64,000 nucleotides of DNA. Source: Deltaproteobacteria bacterium. GTDB taxonomy: Bacteria; Desulfobacterota; Desulfobacteria; Desulfobacterales; C00003060. Both the position numbers and the translations under genes were made by a program. The notes beneath the pieces are model-generated. The model was not told the DNA's origin, did not search any database, and saw only the letters and a program-made list of their open reading frames with translations. This document shows positions 9,599 through 18,140 of the stretch, piece by piece. The stretch covers positions 13,998 through 77,997 of the forward strand of contig JAFDKF010000002.1 in assembly GCA_019307135.1 (NCBI GenBank), given 5' to 3'. The first letter of the stretch is position 1; each line of letters begins with the position of its first letter.

Positions 9599-9829
9599 TC
9601 AGTGCCAGAGCGAGCCCTGCAAAGAAGATATGTGACCATACCTCGTCACACGATCACCCACTGGGTAACAATAGCAAATTTCATCCCGCTTTAACGGGAA
9701 TTCCAATGCCTCGGATTTACCTTGGCACGAGCAACGCTTTGTTAGGCCGCCATTTGTGACGGTTTCAATTGTCTCTTCTAGTAACTGGCACACAACTTCC
9801 GTGCTTGACTTAAGGTCACCGGGCAGCAC
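9599..9829 (-). CDS. Hypothetical small protein (possible cassette ORF), GTG start
   Basis: Only open frame in this stretch. No recognisable motif and a weak start context. Confidence 0.25.
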   Translation of the reverse strand: MLPGDLKSSTEVVCQLLEETIETVTNGGLTKRCSCQGKSEALEFPLKRDEICYCYPVGDRVTRYGHISSLQGSLWH

Positions 9830-9836
9830 TGGGCAT

Positions 9837-9941
9837 TTATTTCTTCTTTTCCTTTTTCAATTTTCGTTTTTCCTTTGGATTAAGCTGGGCCTTTTTCTGT
9901 TGTTCCCTTTTGCCTTTATCTTTTTTCCCCTTATCACCCAT
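9837..9941 (-). CDS. Lys-rich 34-aa small protein
   Basis: Below the ORF-track cutoff. Own translation MGDKGKKDKGKREQQKKAQLNPKEKRKLKKEKKK, preceded by AAGGAG 7 nt upstream of the ATG at 9941. Confidence 0.4.
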   Translation of the reverse strand: MGDKGKKDKGKREQQKKAQLNPKEKRKLKKEKKK

Positions 9942-10051
9942 ATCTATTTCTCCTTGCTTGAAAATGACTTGCGCCGGACTGTGGCGCCGAAAACCCATCT
10001 TCGGTCGTAGAGGTTAGCAGATGAGATCGTTTGGCATCACCGCCAGATGAA

Positions 10052-10261
10052 TCATGCATATTCGTAGACGGGAGTCTCGATAAACTTCGCAGGCTTCCGA
10101 TTACCCTTGATGAGCGCTTGAATGTGCTCCACGGTTTCCGGAGAGAAATACTGCTCTCCCGTTTCCTTGCACACCCTTGCCGGAACATGTTCAATAATAT
10201 AAAACTTACCTTCATGCTCAATGGTATAGTTAACCTGTGCATCTAACATGGTCTCTTTCAT
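10052..10261 (-). CDS. MqsA/YgiT-like antitoxin-type protein with degenerate zinc ribbon
   Basis: MKETMLDAQVNYTIEHEGKFYIIEHVPARVCKETGEQYFSPETVEHIQALI resembles the VPaxvCxxCGExYfs core of YgiT-type antitoxins, but most Cys are lost. The ATG at 10261 overlaps an upstream TGA as ATGA. Confidence 0.5.
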   Translation of the reverse strand: MKETMLDAQVNYTIEHEGKFYIIEHVPARVCKETGEQYFSPETVEHIQALIKGNRKPAKFIETPVYEYA

Positions 10262-10441
10262 TTCTCCCTCCTTATTCGGTAATTGACCCATAGTGCTGGA
10301 TCAGGCTCGTACAGCGTAATGATCTTGATCAATAACTTCCATTACGCTGATCTCACGAACAATGGTCTGATCGACAGCATGCTTGGAGAACTCGTACTGA
10401 CGCCGACCAACCTTCTCTTTAATACCCTCAAGCGTATACAT
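10258..10441 (-). pseudogene. Decayed DUF4258-type toxin gene
   Basis: Own translation from the ATG at 10441: MYTLEGIKEKVGRRQYEFSKHAVDQTIVREISVMEVIDQ, then a stop at 10301. A +1 frame continues KIITLYEPDPALWVNYRIRREK and ends in the ATGA overlap with the antitoxin. This looks like an internal deletion or frameshift. Confidence 0.4.
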
Positions 10442-10488
10442 ATCTAAAATACTCTACTGACCTCAACACTCTCCGTCAATCCTCAAAT

Positions 10489-10570
10489 GCCCAACATATA
10501 TTGTCTGGAAACTAAAAATAGTGAGTATTCTGGAAATCTGTATTTGACAATAAAGATGCATTCTGTATAT
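10489..10570 (-). promoter_or_regulatory. Candidate attI region
   Basis: GTTGGGC (fits GTTRRRY) on the minus strand at 10495-10489. Direct repeats TCTGGAAA at 10504 and 10529, and TCTGTAT at 10537 and 10562, each pair 25 bp apart. Lies between intI and the first small minus-strand ORFs. Confidence 0.35.
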
Positions 10571-10571
10571 T
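10544..10571 (+). promoter_or_regulatory. Putative sigma70-type promoter of intI
   Basis: TTGACA (10544-10549), 16-nt spacer, TATATT (10566-10571), 24 nt upstream of the first start codon. Confidence 0.5.
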
Positions 10572-10594
10572 ACAATAAAACTTGATCAGTCACG

Positions 10595-11956
10595 ATGAAA
10601 TTGGGGGGCATTATGGATCAAAAACCAAATAACGTCAATAAATTTTGGCTGTCATACCGTGATGCTGCTGTCAGCTCGGGGATAGCCGAGAAGACTGCCG
10701 AATGGTATGTGCACTGGGCACAAAAATTCGCGGTTTCGATAAAAGGTAAAGGACTTCGATCGCGTTCATCAAAGGATGTTCAAAGCTTTCTTAACCAGCT
10801 CAAACGCCAAAATGGGATAGAGCAGTGGCAGGTGCAACAGGCTCGCGAGGCACTCGTTTTCCTATACCGTGACTTTCTCAAGCTCAACCTCAGATCTCAA
10901 AAATCAACTGCCAAGAAAAAAGGGCAAAAAGTTGAGGAAAACAAGGGAGAGTCCCATTTTCTGGACAATATTGTTTCAAAAACTGAGCTGTATGGAAAAC
11001 ATGCACAGCTTTTCAAACGACTGCAAACCGAGCTGAGGACACGGCATTATTCACCTCGCACAGAGCAAGCATACAAGGGCTGGGTAGGACGATTTTTATC
11101 CTTCCACGGGCTGAAGCAACCGGATCAGATTGGTCCTGAAGACATAAAGGATTTTCTGGATTATCTGGCACAGGTCCGGAATGTTTCAGCTTCTACGCAG
11201 AACCAGGCCCTGAATGCCATTGTTTTTCTCTACAGTCAGGTATTTAAAGCTGATCCCGGTCGTTTTGAAGATTTTGTCCGGGCCAAACACCGAAAGAGGC
11301 TGCCGGAAGTCTTGACGCAAAGTGAGGTCCAGCGGCTCTTGGGGTGCATGAACGGTCGTTCCCATTTAATGGCCGGGCTTTTATATGGCAGTGGATTGAG
11401 GTTGATGGAATGTGTCAGGCTGAGGGTAAAAGACATTGACTTTAAGGGGCAGCAGATCTTGGTACGTGATGGAAAAGGGCAGAAAGACCGTGTGACCATT
11501 CTACCGGAAAAATTTGCTCCCCTTTTAAAAAATCAACTGAAACATGTGAAAGGACTTTACAAGCAGGATATAGAAGCAGGTTCTGCAGGGGTTTATATAT
11601 GGCCTGCATTAGAGCGAAAATATCCCAATGCGGCCCGGCAATGGATCTGGCAGTATGTGTTTCCTGCTTCCAAGCTGTCCATGGATCCGCAAAGTCGAAA
11701 AGTGCGGCGGCATCACATTCACGAAAGTTCCCTTCAAAAGGCGGTAAAAGCTGCCACAAAAAAGGCGGAGCTGACGAAGCGAGCGACCTGCCACACCTTC
11801 CGACATTCCTTTGCCACGCATCTTCTGGAAGGCGGATACGATATCCGCACTGTACAGAAGCTTTTGGGACATTCGGATGTTTCAGCGACAATGATTTATA
11901 TGCACGTCTTAAATAAGCCCGGGTTGGCGGTAAAAAGCCCGTTGGATGTGTTGTAG
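10595..11956 (+). CDS. intI: Integron integrase (IntI) with duplicated N-terminal SAM-like domain
   Basis: [22 protein letters not shown], the IntI-specific block [87 protein letters not shown]. Alternative start at 10613. Confidence 0.85.
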   Translation: MKLGGIMDQKPNNVNKFWLSYRDAAVSSGIAEKTAEWYVHWAQKFAVSIKGKGLRSRSSKDVQSFLNQLKRQNGIEQWQVQQAREALVFLYRDFLKLNLRSQKSTAKKKGQKVEENKGESHFLDNIVSKTELYGKHAQLFKRLQTELRTRHYSPRTEQAYKGWVGRFLSFHGLKQPDQIGPEDIKDFLDYLAQVRNVSASTQNQALNAIVFLYSQVFKADPGRFEDFVRAKHRKRLPEVLTQSEVQRLLGCMNGRSHLMAGLLYGSGLRLMECVRLRVKDIDFKGQQILVRDGKGQKDRVTILPEKFAPLLKNQLKHVKGLYKQDIEAGSAGVYIWPALERKYPNAARQWIWQYVFPASKLSMDPQSRKVRRHHIHESSLQKAVKAATKKAELTKRATCHTFRHSFATHLLEGGYDIRTVQKLLGHSDVSATMIYMHVLNKPGLAVKSPLDVL

Positions 11957-12007
11957 GCCAAAGATACTTATTATAACCACACAAGTCGGAGCTTTTTGAG
12001 AACTTAC

Positions 12008-12469
12008 TCACTTCTTATAACTAAACAGACAGTTAGGGGTTAGACGATAGCCCTCTTCAGTTGCATCCGCATCCATTGGCAACGCGTGTCTTGTTGTCTC
12101 CAATGTCAACCCTCTACAGATTTCAGGCTTGTTGTCAGGATGGCCAGCACAAAGATTATCCTTTGTCAAAAGCTCACACCTCATATGGACGGTGACAAGC
12201 CGTGGCAAGAACTCACAACGCTCATCAGGAATGTTAAGTACGTTACCCTCCACCTTGACACCGTGCAGTTCGAAATACCATTTCTTGTCAGGGTTCATCG
12301 GTACAGGGATCTTAAACACGCCATCTTTGATTGTTATGTCAGTGTTCGATCCAACAGGGCATTGGAACCCCTTACAACATTCAGCGTCACAATACTTCAA
12401 CCAGCATAGACAATTATCACAGCCTTTAGCCTTCTCAATCATCGTCATCTTAAGCTTTTCTGTTTTCAT
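12008..12469 (-). CDS. Cys-rich protein, YkgJ-like cysteine-cluster family (tentative)
   Basis: 153-aa ORF with CDNCLCWLKYCDAECC and further Cys pairs. Convergent with intI. Confidence 0.5.
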   Translation of the reverse strand: MKTEKLKMTMIEKAKGCDNCLCWLKYCDAECCKGFQCPVGSNTDITIKDGVFKIPVPMNPDKKWYFELHGVKVEGNVLNIPDERCEFLPRLVTVHMRCELLTKDNLCAGHPDNKPEICRGLTLETTRHALPMDADATEEGYRLTPNCLFSYKK

Positions 12470-12761
12470 TGGGAATCGTTATACTATCTCTCAACACTTA
12501 TAGTCTCAGACGTGCGCTGTATGGCTCGCCAAAGAAACCGTGAGGCATGAATGACACCAGCCCCACCAGTATACAGCAATGACACAGCCTATACAACACG
12601 GACAAAAGGGTGTTTCAACATTCATATGTGTATGCAACCATCCTTGAATTGACACAAGTTCACGGCTCGGTTATATTTTAGTCCGCCTGAGGCGGAACAA
12701 CTGACTCACAAAAAAAGGCAATTTATGACCGTGCAGAGTATAAGAAACAGGAAACAGTGGC

Positions 12762-13661
12762 TTGATGAAAAAAAAGGCTCAACATAAATCCGGATTTGTT
12801 GCCATTGTGGGTGCGCCCAATGTGGGCAAATCCACCCTGCTGAACCAGCTTCTCGGGCAAAAGATCGCCATTACATCGGAAAAGCCACAGACCACCCGCC
12901 ACCGCATCCTGGGCGTGGCCCATCTGCCCGGGGCCCAGCTTATCTTTCTGGATACCCCTGGTATTCATCGGGCGAGGGGGCCGTTGAATGTGCGCATGGT
13001 GGAGGTGGCCCTGAAGGTTCTGGGGGATGTAGATTTGGTCGTGTTCATTACAGATGCGACCTATCCGGATAATCCATCAGATGAAATCATCCTTGACTCT
13101 TTGAAAAAGAGAAACCTACCGGTCATTCTTGCCATTAACAAGGTTGACCTTGTAAACAAGGAAACACTCCTTCCCCTCATAGAACAGTGGCATGAGGCCT
13201 ATCCTTTCCGCGCCATCGTTCCCATCTCGGCTCTTGAGCGTATCCAGATTGATGACCTTTTGTCAGAGATGGTTGCCGTGCTACCCGAGGGGCCACAGTA
13301 TTATCCGGAAGACAGCGTCACGGATTTGCCGGAACGCTTTATCGCGGCAGAGATGATACGGGAAAAAGTATTCCGCCTGACCGGCCAGGAGATTCCTTAC
13401 GGTGTGGCCGTTACGGTGGAGTCCTTCAAGGATCGGCCCGGGAAAAATCTCATTGACATCCAGGCCACAATACACGTGGAGCGCGAGTCTCAAAAACCGA
13501 TCATCATTGGCAAGTCAGGGAGAATGCTCAAACGGATCGGGGAGCAGGCCAGACAGGACATCGAGCTCATGGTGGGGTGCAAAGTCTTCTTAAAGTTATG
13601 GGTTCGGGTTCAGAAGAACTGGACCCGGGATGAAAAGGCTATCAGGAGGTTTGGATACTGA
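12762..13661 (+). CDS. era: GTPase Era
   Basis: SGFVAIVGAPNVGKSTLLN (G1), DTPGIH (G3), NKVD (G4), C-terminal KH domain (KPIIIGKSGRMLKRIG). Confidence 0.9.
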   Translation: MMKKKAQHKSGFVAIVGAPNVGKSTLLNQLLGQKIAITSEKPQTTRHRILGVAHLPGAQLIFLDTPGIHRARGPLNVRMVEVALKVLGDVDLVVFITDATYPDNPSDEIILDSLKKRNLPVILAINKVDLVNKETLLPLIEQWHEAYPFRAIVPISALERIQIDDLLSEMVAVLPEGPQYYPEDSVTDLPERFIAAEMIREKVFRLTGQEIPYGVAVTVESFKDRPGKNLIDIQATIHVERESQKPIIIGKSGRMLKRIGEQARQDIELMVGCKVFLKLWVRVQKNWTRDEKAIRRFGY

Positions 13662-13662
13662 C

Positions 13663-14505
13663 ATGATCCTCTCGTTTCATCCGAACATAGTGGCCGACAA
13701 GAACATCCTTTGCGCTGGCCGGCTGCCAAATGATGACGATCGAGCCGCTATCTGCCAGGCCCAGGCCGTTATTCTCCCTCAGGGGTGCAGTGAAGCCCTT
13801 TACAGGATGTGCCGCAAGCACTGCGCCCATGTCTTTCCCAACTATGATGCCCGCTTTGATTTCCCGGGCAAACTCGGCCAGGCCCGGCTGTTTCAAAAGG
13901 TGGTGGCGCCGTTTCCCCGCACCTATCCCTTTGAGACGGTTTCTTTGTACTATGATCATTTCGGTAAAAACGCTCACAAGGCGCCTCTGGGTTTTCCCTC
14001 TGTTTTTAAGTCCGACTGGGGCGGTGAAGGGGAGGGGGTTTTTTTGCTCAAGGTGCCCGAGGCCCTGAAAGAGGCCCTGGAACGGGCACGACGCATAGAG
14101 CAAAGCGGACAGAAAGGTTTTTTGCTTCAGGAATATGTTGCTTGCGGTGGTCGGAGTCTCCGTGTTGTGGTGATCGGAGACGAATTTTTCAGCTACTGGC
14201 GCGTGCAGCAAGATCCATCACGGTTTCTGACCAATCTGAAGGCTGGGGCTATCATTGATCATGAGTCAGGCCCCGAGCTTCAGGAAGCAGGGGTGGCTGT
14301 AGTGTCTGATTTTTGTTCGAAGACCGGGATCAACCTCGCAGGTTTTGACCTTCTCTTTCCAGAAAATGATAAGGAGGCTTCCCCCTTTTTCCTGGAGATC
14401 AACTATTTTTTTGGCAGGCGAGGCCTGGGAGGGTCTCTTAAGTACTATGACCTGGTGGACAGAGCGGTCAGGGGCTGGTTAAACACCCTTGGGTTAGGCC
14501 TTTGA
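13663..14505 (+). CDS. ATP-grasp (RimK-like) family protein
   Basis: Start moved to the ATG at 13663, 1 nt after the era stop. VFKSDWGGEGEGVFLL and LLQEYV blocks and a FLEINYFFG C-terminus fit an ATP-grasp fold. Confidence 0.65.
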   Translation: MILSFHPNIVADKNILCAGRLPNDDDRAAICQAQAVILPQGCSEALYRMCRKHCAHVFPNYDARFDFPGKLGQARLFQKVVAPFPRTYPFETVSLYYDHFGKNAHKAPLGFPSVFKSDWGGEGEGVFLLKVPEALKEALERARRIEQSGQKGFLLQEYVACGGRSLRVVVIGDEFFSYWRVQQDPSRFLTNLKAGAIIDHESGPELQEAGVAVVSDFCSKTGINLAGFDLLFPENDKEASPFFLEINYFFGRRGLGGSLKYYDLVDRAVRGWLNTLGLGL

Positions 14506-14645
14506 ACCTCTATCGAAGCTTCGCCTCAAACCCTGGCCCAGACCTGACATGAAAGGACCGAGTTCTACAGCTTCCTCTTGCTTATTGTTACAGTGACAAC
14601 AGCTTGTTACAATCGCGTCGCACCAGGGCAGGCTTGACATAAATT

Positions 14646-15914
14646 TTAGGATTTTAACTTATGTAGACGGCTGGAGCGAGGGAATGGCCTCGAAGGACGT
14701 GATGCGGCCCTCCCCCGCCCTGGGCGATACGGCCTGGATCGGTCTTTCTCGTACCAATCGTCTTCAGCCCATTCTACTTTTATCTTTTCCCCGATAAATT
14801 TCTCCACAGCCTCCAGATGGTACACGTAAGTTTCACAGGCAAGCATGATTGCCTTTCCGCTTTTGCCTACACGACCGGTGCGTCCGATACGGTGGACGTA
14901 ATCTTCAGGATCCTGGGGGATGTCATAATTGATGACAAGGTCGATGTCTTCCACGTGGATGCCACGCGATGCCACGTCCGTGGCGACCAGGATCTTGACT
15001 TCGCCTGCCTTGAACTGCTGCATGATTTTCAAGCGCTTCTTCTGGTCAACCGTGCCGGTGATGCCAAGGACTGCATAGCCGTTGTCTCGTAGCCTGCGCG
15101 CGAGCATCTCAACACCGGTTCGGGTATTGGCAAAGACGAGGAGGCGGTTCCATGTCTCGCGCTTCAAAAGACCGAGCAAAAGGTTTGGCTTCACATTATT
15201 GCCAACGTGGTAAAGGACCTGGTCGATCTCTTCCACTGTGATTTTTTCGGGATCTGCAGAGACGCCTTGCGGGTTGTTCATGTACTCATAGGCCAATTCC
15301 ATCACACCATATGAAAGGGTGGCGGAAAAAAGCATGGATTGCCGCCTGGTATAACGAGGCAATCGTCTAAGGATATAGCGGAGGTCTTTTATAAAGCCCA
15401 TGTCAAAGAGCCGGTCCGCTTCATCGATGACCAGGATGCTCACATTTTTGGGGTTGAAGATCTTTTGCTTCATGTAGTCAATAAGACGGCCCGGTGTGGC
15501 GACTACAATGTCCGTGCCTCTGCGAAGGGCCTTTTCCTGTTTGACGTAGTCAATACCGCCGAAGACTGGCAGCACCCTAAAATCGGTATGAGTTCCCAGA
15601 AGCTTGGCCTCCTCGCAAATTTGAACCGTTAGCTCCCGGGTGGGTGCAATGATCAGGGCGCGGGGCCCTGCATCTTTTGGTTTGGGCTTCCTGATGAGAC
15701 AATCGAGGATCGTAATCAGAAAGACGGCCGTCTTGCCCGTGCCGGTTTGGGCCTGGGCAGCAATATCGTCTCCTTTTAGTGTGATAGGCAGGGCAAGGGC
15801 CTGAATCGGCGTGCAGTGTGTAAAGCCTGCGGACTCTATCCCCTTCAAGACCTCTTGCGGAAGGTCAAATTCGGTAAACAAGACATCTTTAGTTTCTATA
15901 TTCGACGATTTCAT
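14646..15914 (-). CDS. DEAD-box ATP-dependent RNA helicase (RhlE/DeaD-like)
   Basis: AQAQTGTGKTAVF (motif I), PTRELT, VIDEADRLFDMGF (DEAD), SAT, HRIGRTGRVGKSG (motif VI), basic tail. Confidence 0.9.
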   Translation of the reverse strand: MKSSNIETKDVLFTEFDLPQEVLKGIESAGFTHCTPIQALALPITLKGDDIAAQAQTGTGKTAVFLITILDCLIRKPKPKDAGPRALIIAPTRELTVQICEEAKLLGTHTDFRVLPVFGGIDYVKQEKALRRGTDIVVATPGRLIDYMKQKIFNPKNVSILVIDEADRLFDMGFIKDLRYILRRLPRYTRRQSMLFSATLSYGVMELAYEYMNNPQGVSADPEKITVEEIDQVLYHVGNNVKPNLLLGLLKRETWNRLLVFANTRTGVEMLARRLRDNGYAVLGITGTVDQKKRLKIMQQFKAGEVKILVATDVASRGIHVEDIDLVINYDIPQDPEDYVHRIGRTGRVGKSGKAIMLACETYVYHLEAVEKFIGEKIKVEWAEDDWYEKDRSRPYRPGRGRAASRPSRPFPRSSRLHKLKS

Positions 15915-16204
15915 ATTGTTATACTATACAAATATAGACTACATTTATGGTATTTGCAAGCCAAACAGTGAGCTGCGTCGCTACTCCATTTTTGCTTGAA
16001 ATCGAAAGGGCGCTTTATTAGGCTTTCATCGTGACATAGTTGGTTGTCCGGTTTGCCCCTGGTCCAGAACGGGTTTACACAAAGAGGCGCTTCTATCTCT
16101 CATGTCGCGCCATGGCGGGCCCTGGCCCAGAACAAACGGGCGGGATAAACCCGCCCCTACCCGTCCAGCTTCGCCGATTGGCGGATGGGCGTAGGGTCGG
16201 CTTT

Positions 16205-16534
16205 ATGCCGACCGCTCGGGCTGAAACCTTGAATCATTTTACGATTGAAATAGACGATGTCTTTCTCAGCCGGGAGCGGCAAAGGGCCAGGGAGTTGAGA
16301 GGGTCGCAATGGTGGAAGCGCCAACTGGCCCGGGGCCGATGCCACTACTGTGGCAGATCTTTTTCTCCTGAAGCCCTCACCATGGATCACATCGTGCCCC
16401 TGGCAAGAGGCGGCAAATCCACCAAAGGGAATGTGGTGCCTGCGTGCAAGGCATGCAACAATAAGAAAAAATACATGCTGCCGATTGAGTGGGAAGAATA
16501 TTTGCAGTCCCTTACTGAAAATGGTATTGAATGA
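16205..16534 (+). CDS. Small HNH endonuclease
   Basis: CHYCGRSFSPEALTMDHIVPLARGGKSTKGNVVPACKACNNKK. The N-terminal 55 codons of track ORF 16040 are built from a repeat element, so the start is uncertain (ATG at 16205 or later). Confidence 0.6.
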   Translation: MPTARAETLNHFTIEIDDVFLSRERQRARELRGSQWWKRQLARGRCHYCGRSFSPEALTMDHIVPLARGGKSTKGNVVPACKACNNKKKYMLPIEWEEYLQSLTENGIE

Positions 16535-17855
16535 CATCCAGGCGGACTCTGGATGAGTAAGGGATAAAGGCAAGGCTAACCCTCCCCTCGGCGTTGATCC
16601 GCCGAAAGATCTCATCGGCTTCAACGGCGGGAATCTGTTTGCCGGTATTCCAGTCCTCCAACTGGACTTTCATTAAGATCTTGTTGGGGTCATCAATTAG
16701 TCTGAGAATGTTTGCTGTCATATTGGAGATTTTTTCATATGTTCCTGCATCGGTAAGGTTGAGTTCGTTCTTGATCTGTCTGTGGTAGGCCATGATGGCA
16801 TAGAAATCGATAGGGAGCCTGATCGATTCCGCAAGGCTCTGAGACAACCATCCCAGTGCATTTTTGGGGTCAGTGACCGACTCGTACATGAAATTCATAG
16901 CGAACTCGATTTGAGGATTGGCTGCCCTGGATGCCTGAATCAATTTACGGGCAATTTTCAATAGCTTCTGGTTCTTCCAACGTGACCATTCCCAGAAGGT
17001 GTCTGTATACTCTGACACGTACCAGCGACCATCTGAATCCTTGAACGGGCCCTTATAGAGGGTTTCGGGGTTGAGAACTTTTCCGGTTTCTTCTTCAAAC
17101 AGGGCCACCGCCTTTGGGCTGAAATCCTCGCAGTGGTACATAATCAGGTCATCCTGAATCAGAATCCCGTCGATTCCGGATCGGACTACATCCCCGTATA
17201 GAGCGACAATCCCCTGCTCGACTGTTTCATCAAAGATACTCCACATTCCAATGGGCTCGAGAGCGCGTTTTTCAAAACAATACCCCACGGCCTTCGAGCC
17301 TTCAGGATCGGTAAGTCTGAGCGGCATCTTGCGGGTTTCCATCCAGGCAAACACCTTAAGGCCGTGACGGTGGCCGATCGAAACAAGCCTGGGCAGCAAG
17401 GGGTCCACAACGGGAGCATGCTCGGTTTCAAAATACACCCCCTCGCTGCATCGGGGTCTGGAAAACCGATACACCCTGTCACCCCGGTTCTGAAAAGCGC
17501 GAACGATGAGCGTATTGACGCCCACGCGCCTAAGTTTCTTGATAGAGTCTTCCACTTCCCCGTAGTCTTTGCAGCCGAATATGAGAACCTGGGCTGCCAG
17601 CATACGCCGCGTGAATGAGGAGCCCCTTTCTTGAGGGGGAATCTCTGGCCCTTTTTCAATAGAGGTTTCCGGCTCTTTTTGGGAGGGAGTCTGAAGCCCT
17701 GTTTCAGGTGAGAACGCCTCCCTGGAAACCGAGGCCTCGGCCCACTCTTCTAGAGGATCATGGAGCCCAACGTACCCTAAATGCCAGAGCAGGATCCCTG
17801 AAACCGCCAGTGTAGCCACCAAGAGATACAAGCCTTTTTTCTGAAACCGAAACAC
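16512..17855 (-). CDS. Membrane-anchored barrel-type hydrolase-like protein (PgaB C-terminal/GHL-like), function uncertain
   Basis: 447-aa ORF. N-terminal TM helix, NTLIVRAF...GLKVFAWMETR...DGILIQDD blocks reminiscent of polysaccharide hydrolase-like domains. From memory only. Confidence 0.4.
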   Translation of the reverse strand: MFRFQKKGLYLLVATLAVSGILLWHLGYVGLHDPLEEWAEASVSREAFSPETGLQTPSQKEPETSIEKGPEIPPQERGSSFTRRMLAAQVLIFGCKDYGEVEDSIKKLRRVGVNTLIVRAFQNRGDRVYRFSRPRCSEGVYFETEHAPVVDPLLPRLVSIGHRHGLKVFAWMETRKMPLRLTDPEGSKAVGYCFEKRALEPIGMWSIFDETVEQGIVALYGDVVRSGIDGILIQDDLIMYHCEDFSPKAVALFEEETGKVLNPETLYKGPFKDSDGRWYVSEYTDTFWEWSRWKNQKLLKIARKLIQASRAANPQIEFAMNFMYESVTDPKNALGWLSQSLAESIRLPIDFYAIMAYHRQIKNELNLTDAGTYEKISNMTANILRLIDDPNKILMKVQLEDWNTGKQIPAVEADEIFRRINAEGRVSLAFIPYSSRVRLDVIQYHFQ

Positions 17856-18140
17856 GATGATATCCTTTCTCCAGGAGAAGAAATTGGAGTTGTCACTTTT
17901 GCAGAAAGCTCAAGAGTGAGAGCCTCAGTACAAACAGATACTGGATGCTGGATACCGGATGAAAAATCAAGAACCAAAAATCCAGTATCCAGTATCCGGT
18001 AGTTTGTGCCGAGAAGATTTCTTTCAAACCTGCCCGCCATTGCCATGTATGCTGGCATTGCAGTTACCCGGAGAGCATGGCGCTGGCAGGCGGGGATACA
18101 CGGTCATCTGCCCCAAAAACATTATCTTTAAATCTATGGC

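Noticed and set aside
9723-9738. Sigma54-like TGGCACG-N4-ACGC element
   Set aside because: The -12 box is poor (ACGC instead of TTGC), and there is no plus-strand gene for about 850 bp downstream.
9741-9747. GTTAGGC as an attC R' core, together with GTTAGCA at 10012
   Set aside because: Both lie on the strand opposite to the expected cassette orientation. They have no complementary RYYYAAC partner or palindromic L boxes at a suitable distance. The first lies inside an ORF. No canonical attC could be established by eye.
13642-14211. 189-aa minus-strand ORF
   Set aside because: It is antisense to the ATP-grasp gene, which is translationally juxtaposed to era.
16040-16204. N-terminal 55 codons of the track ORF for the HNH gene
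   Set aside because: This stretch is encoded by the double-hairpin repeat also found at 33598-33649. It is unlikely to be native coding sequence.
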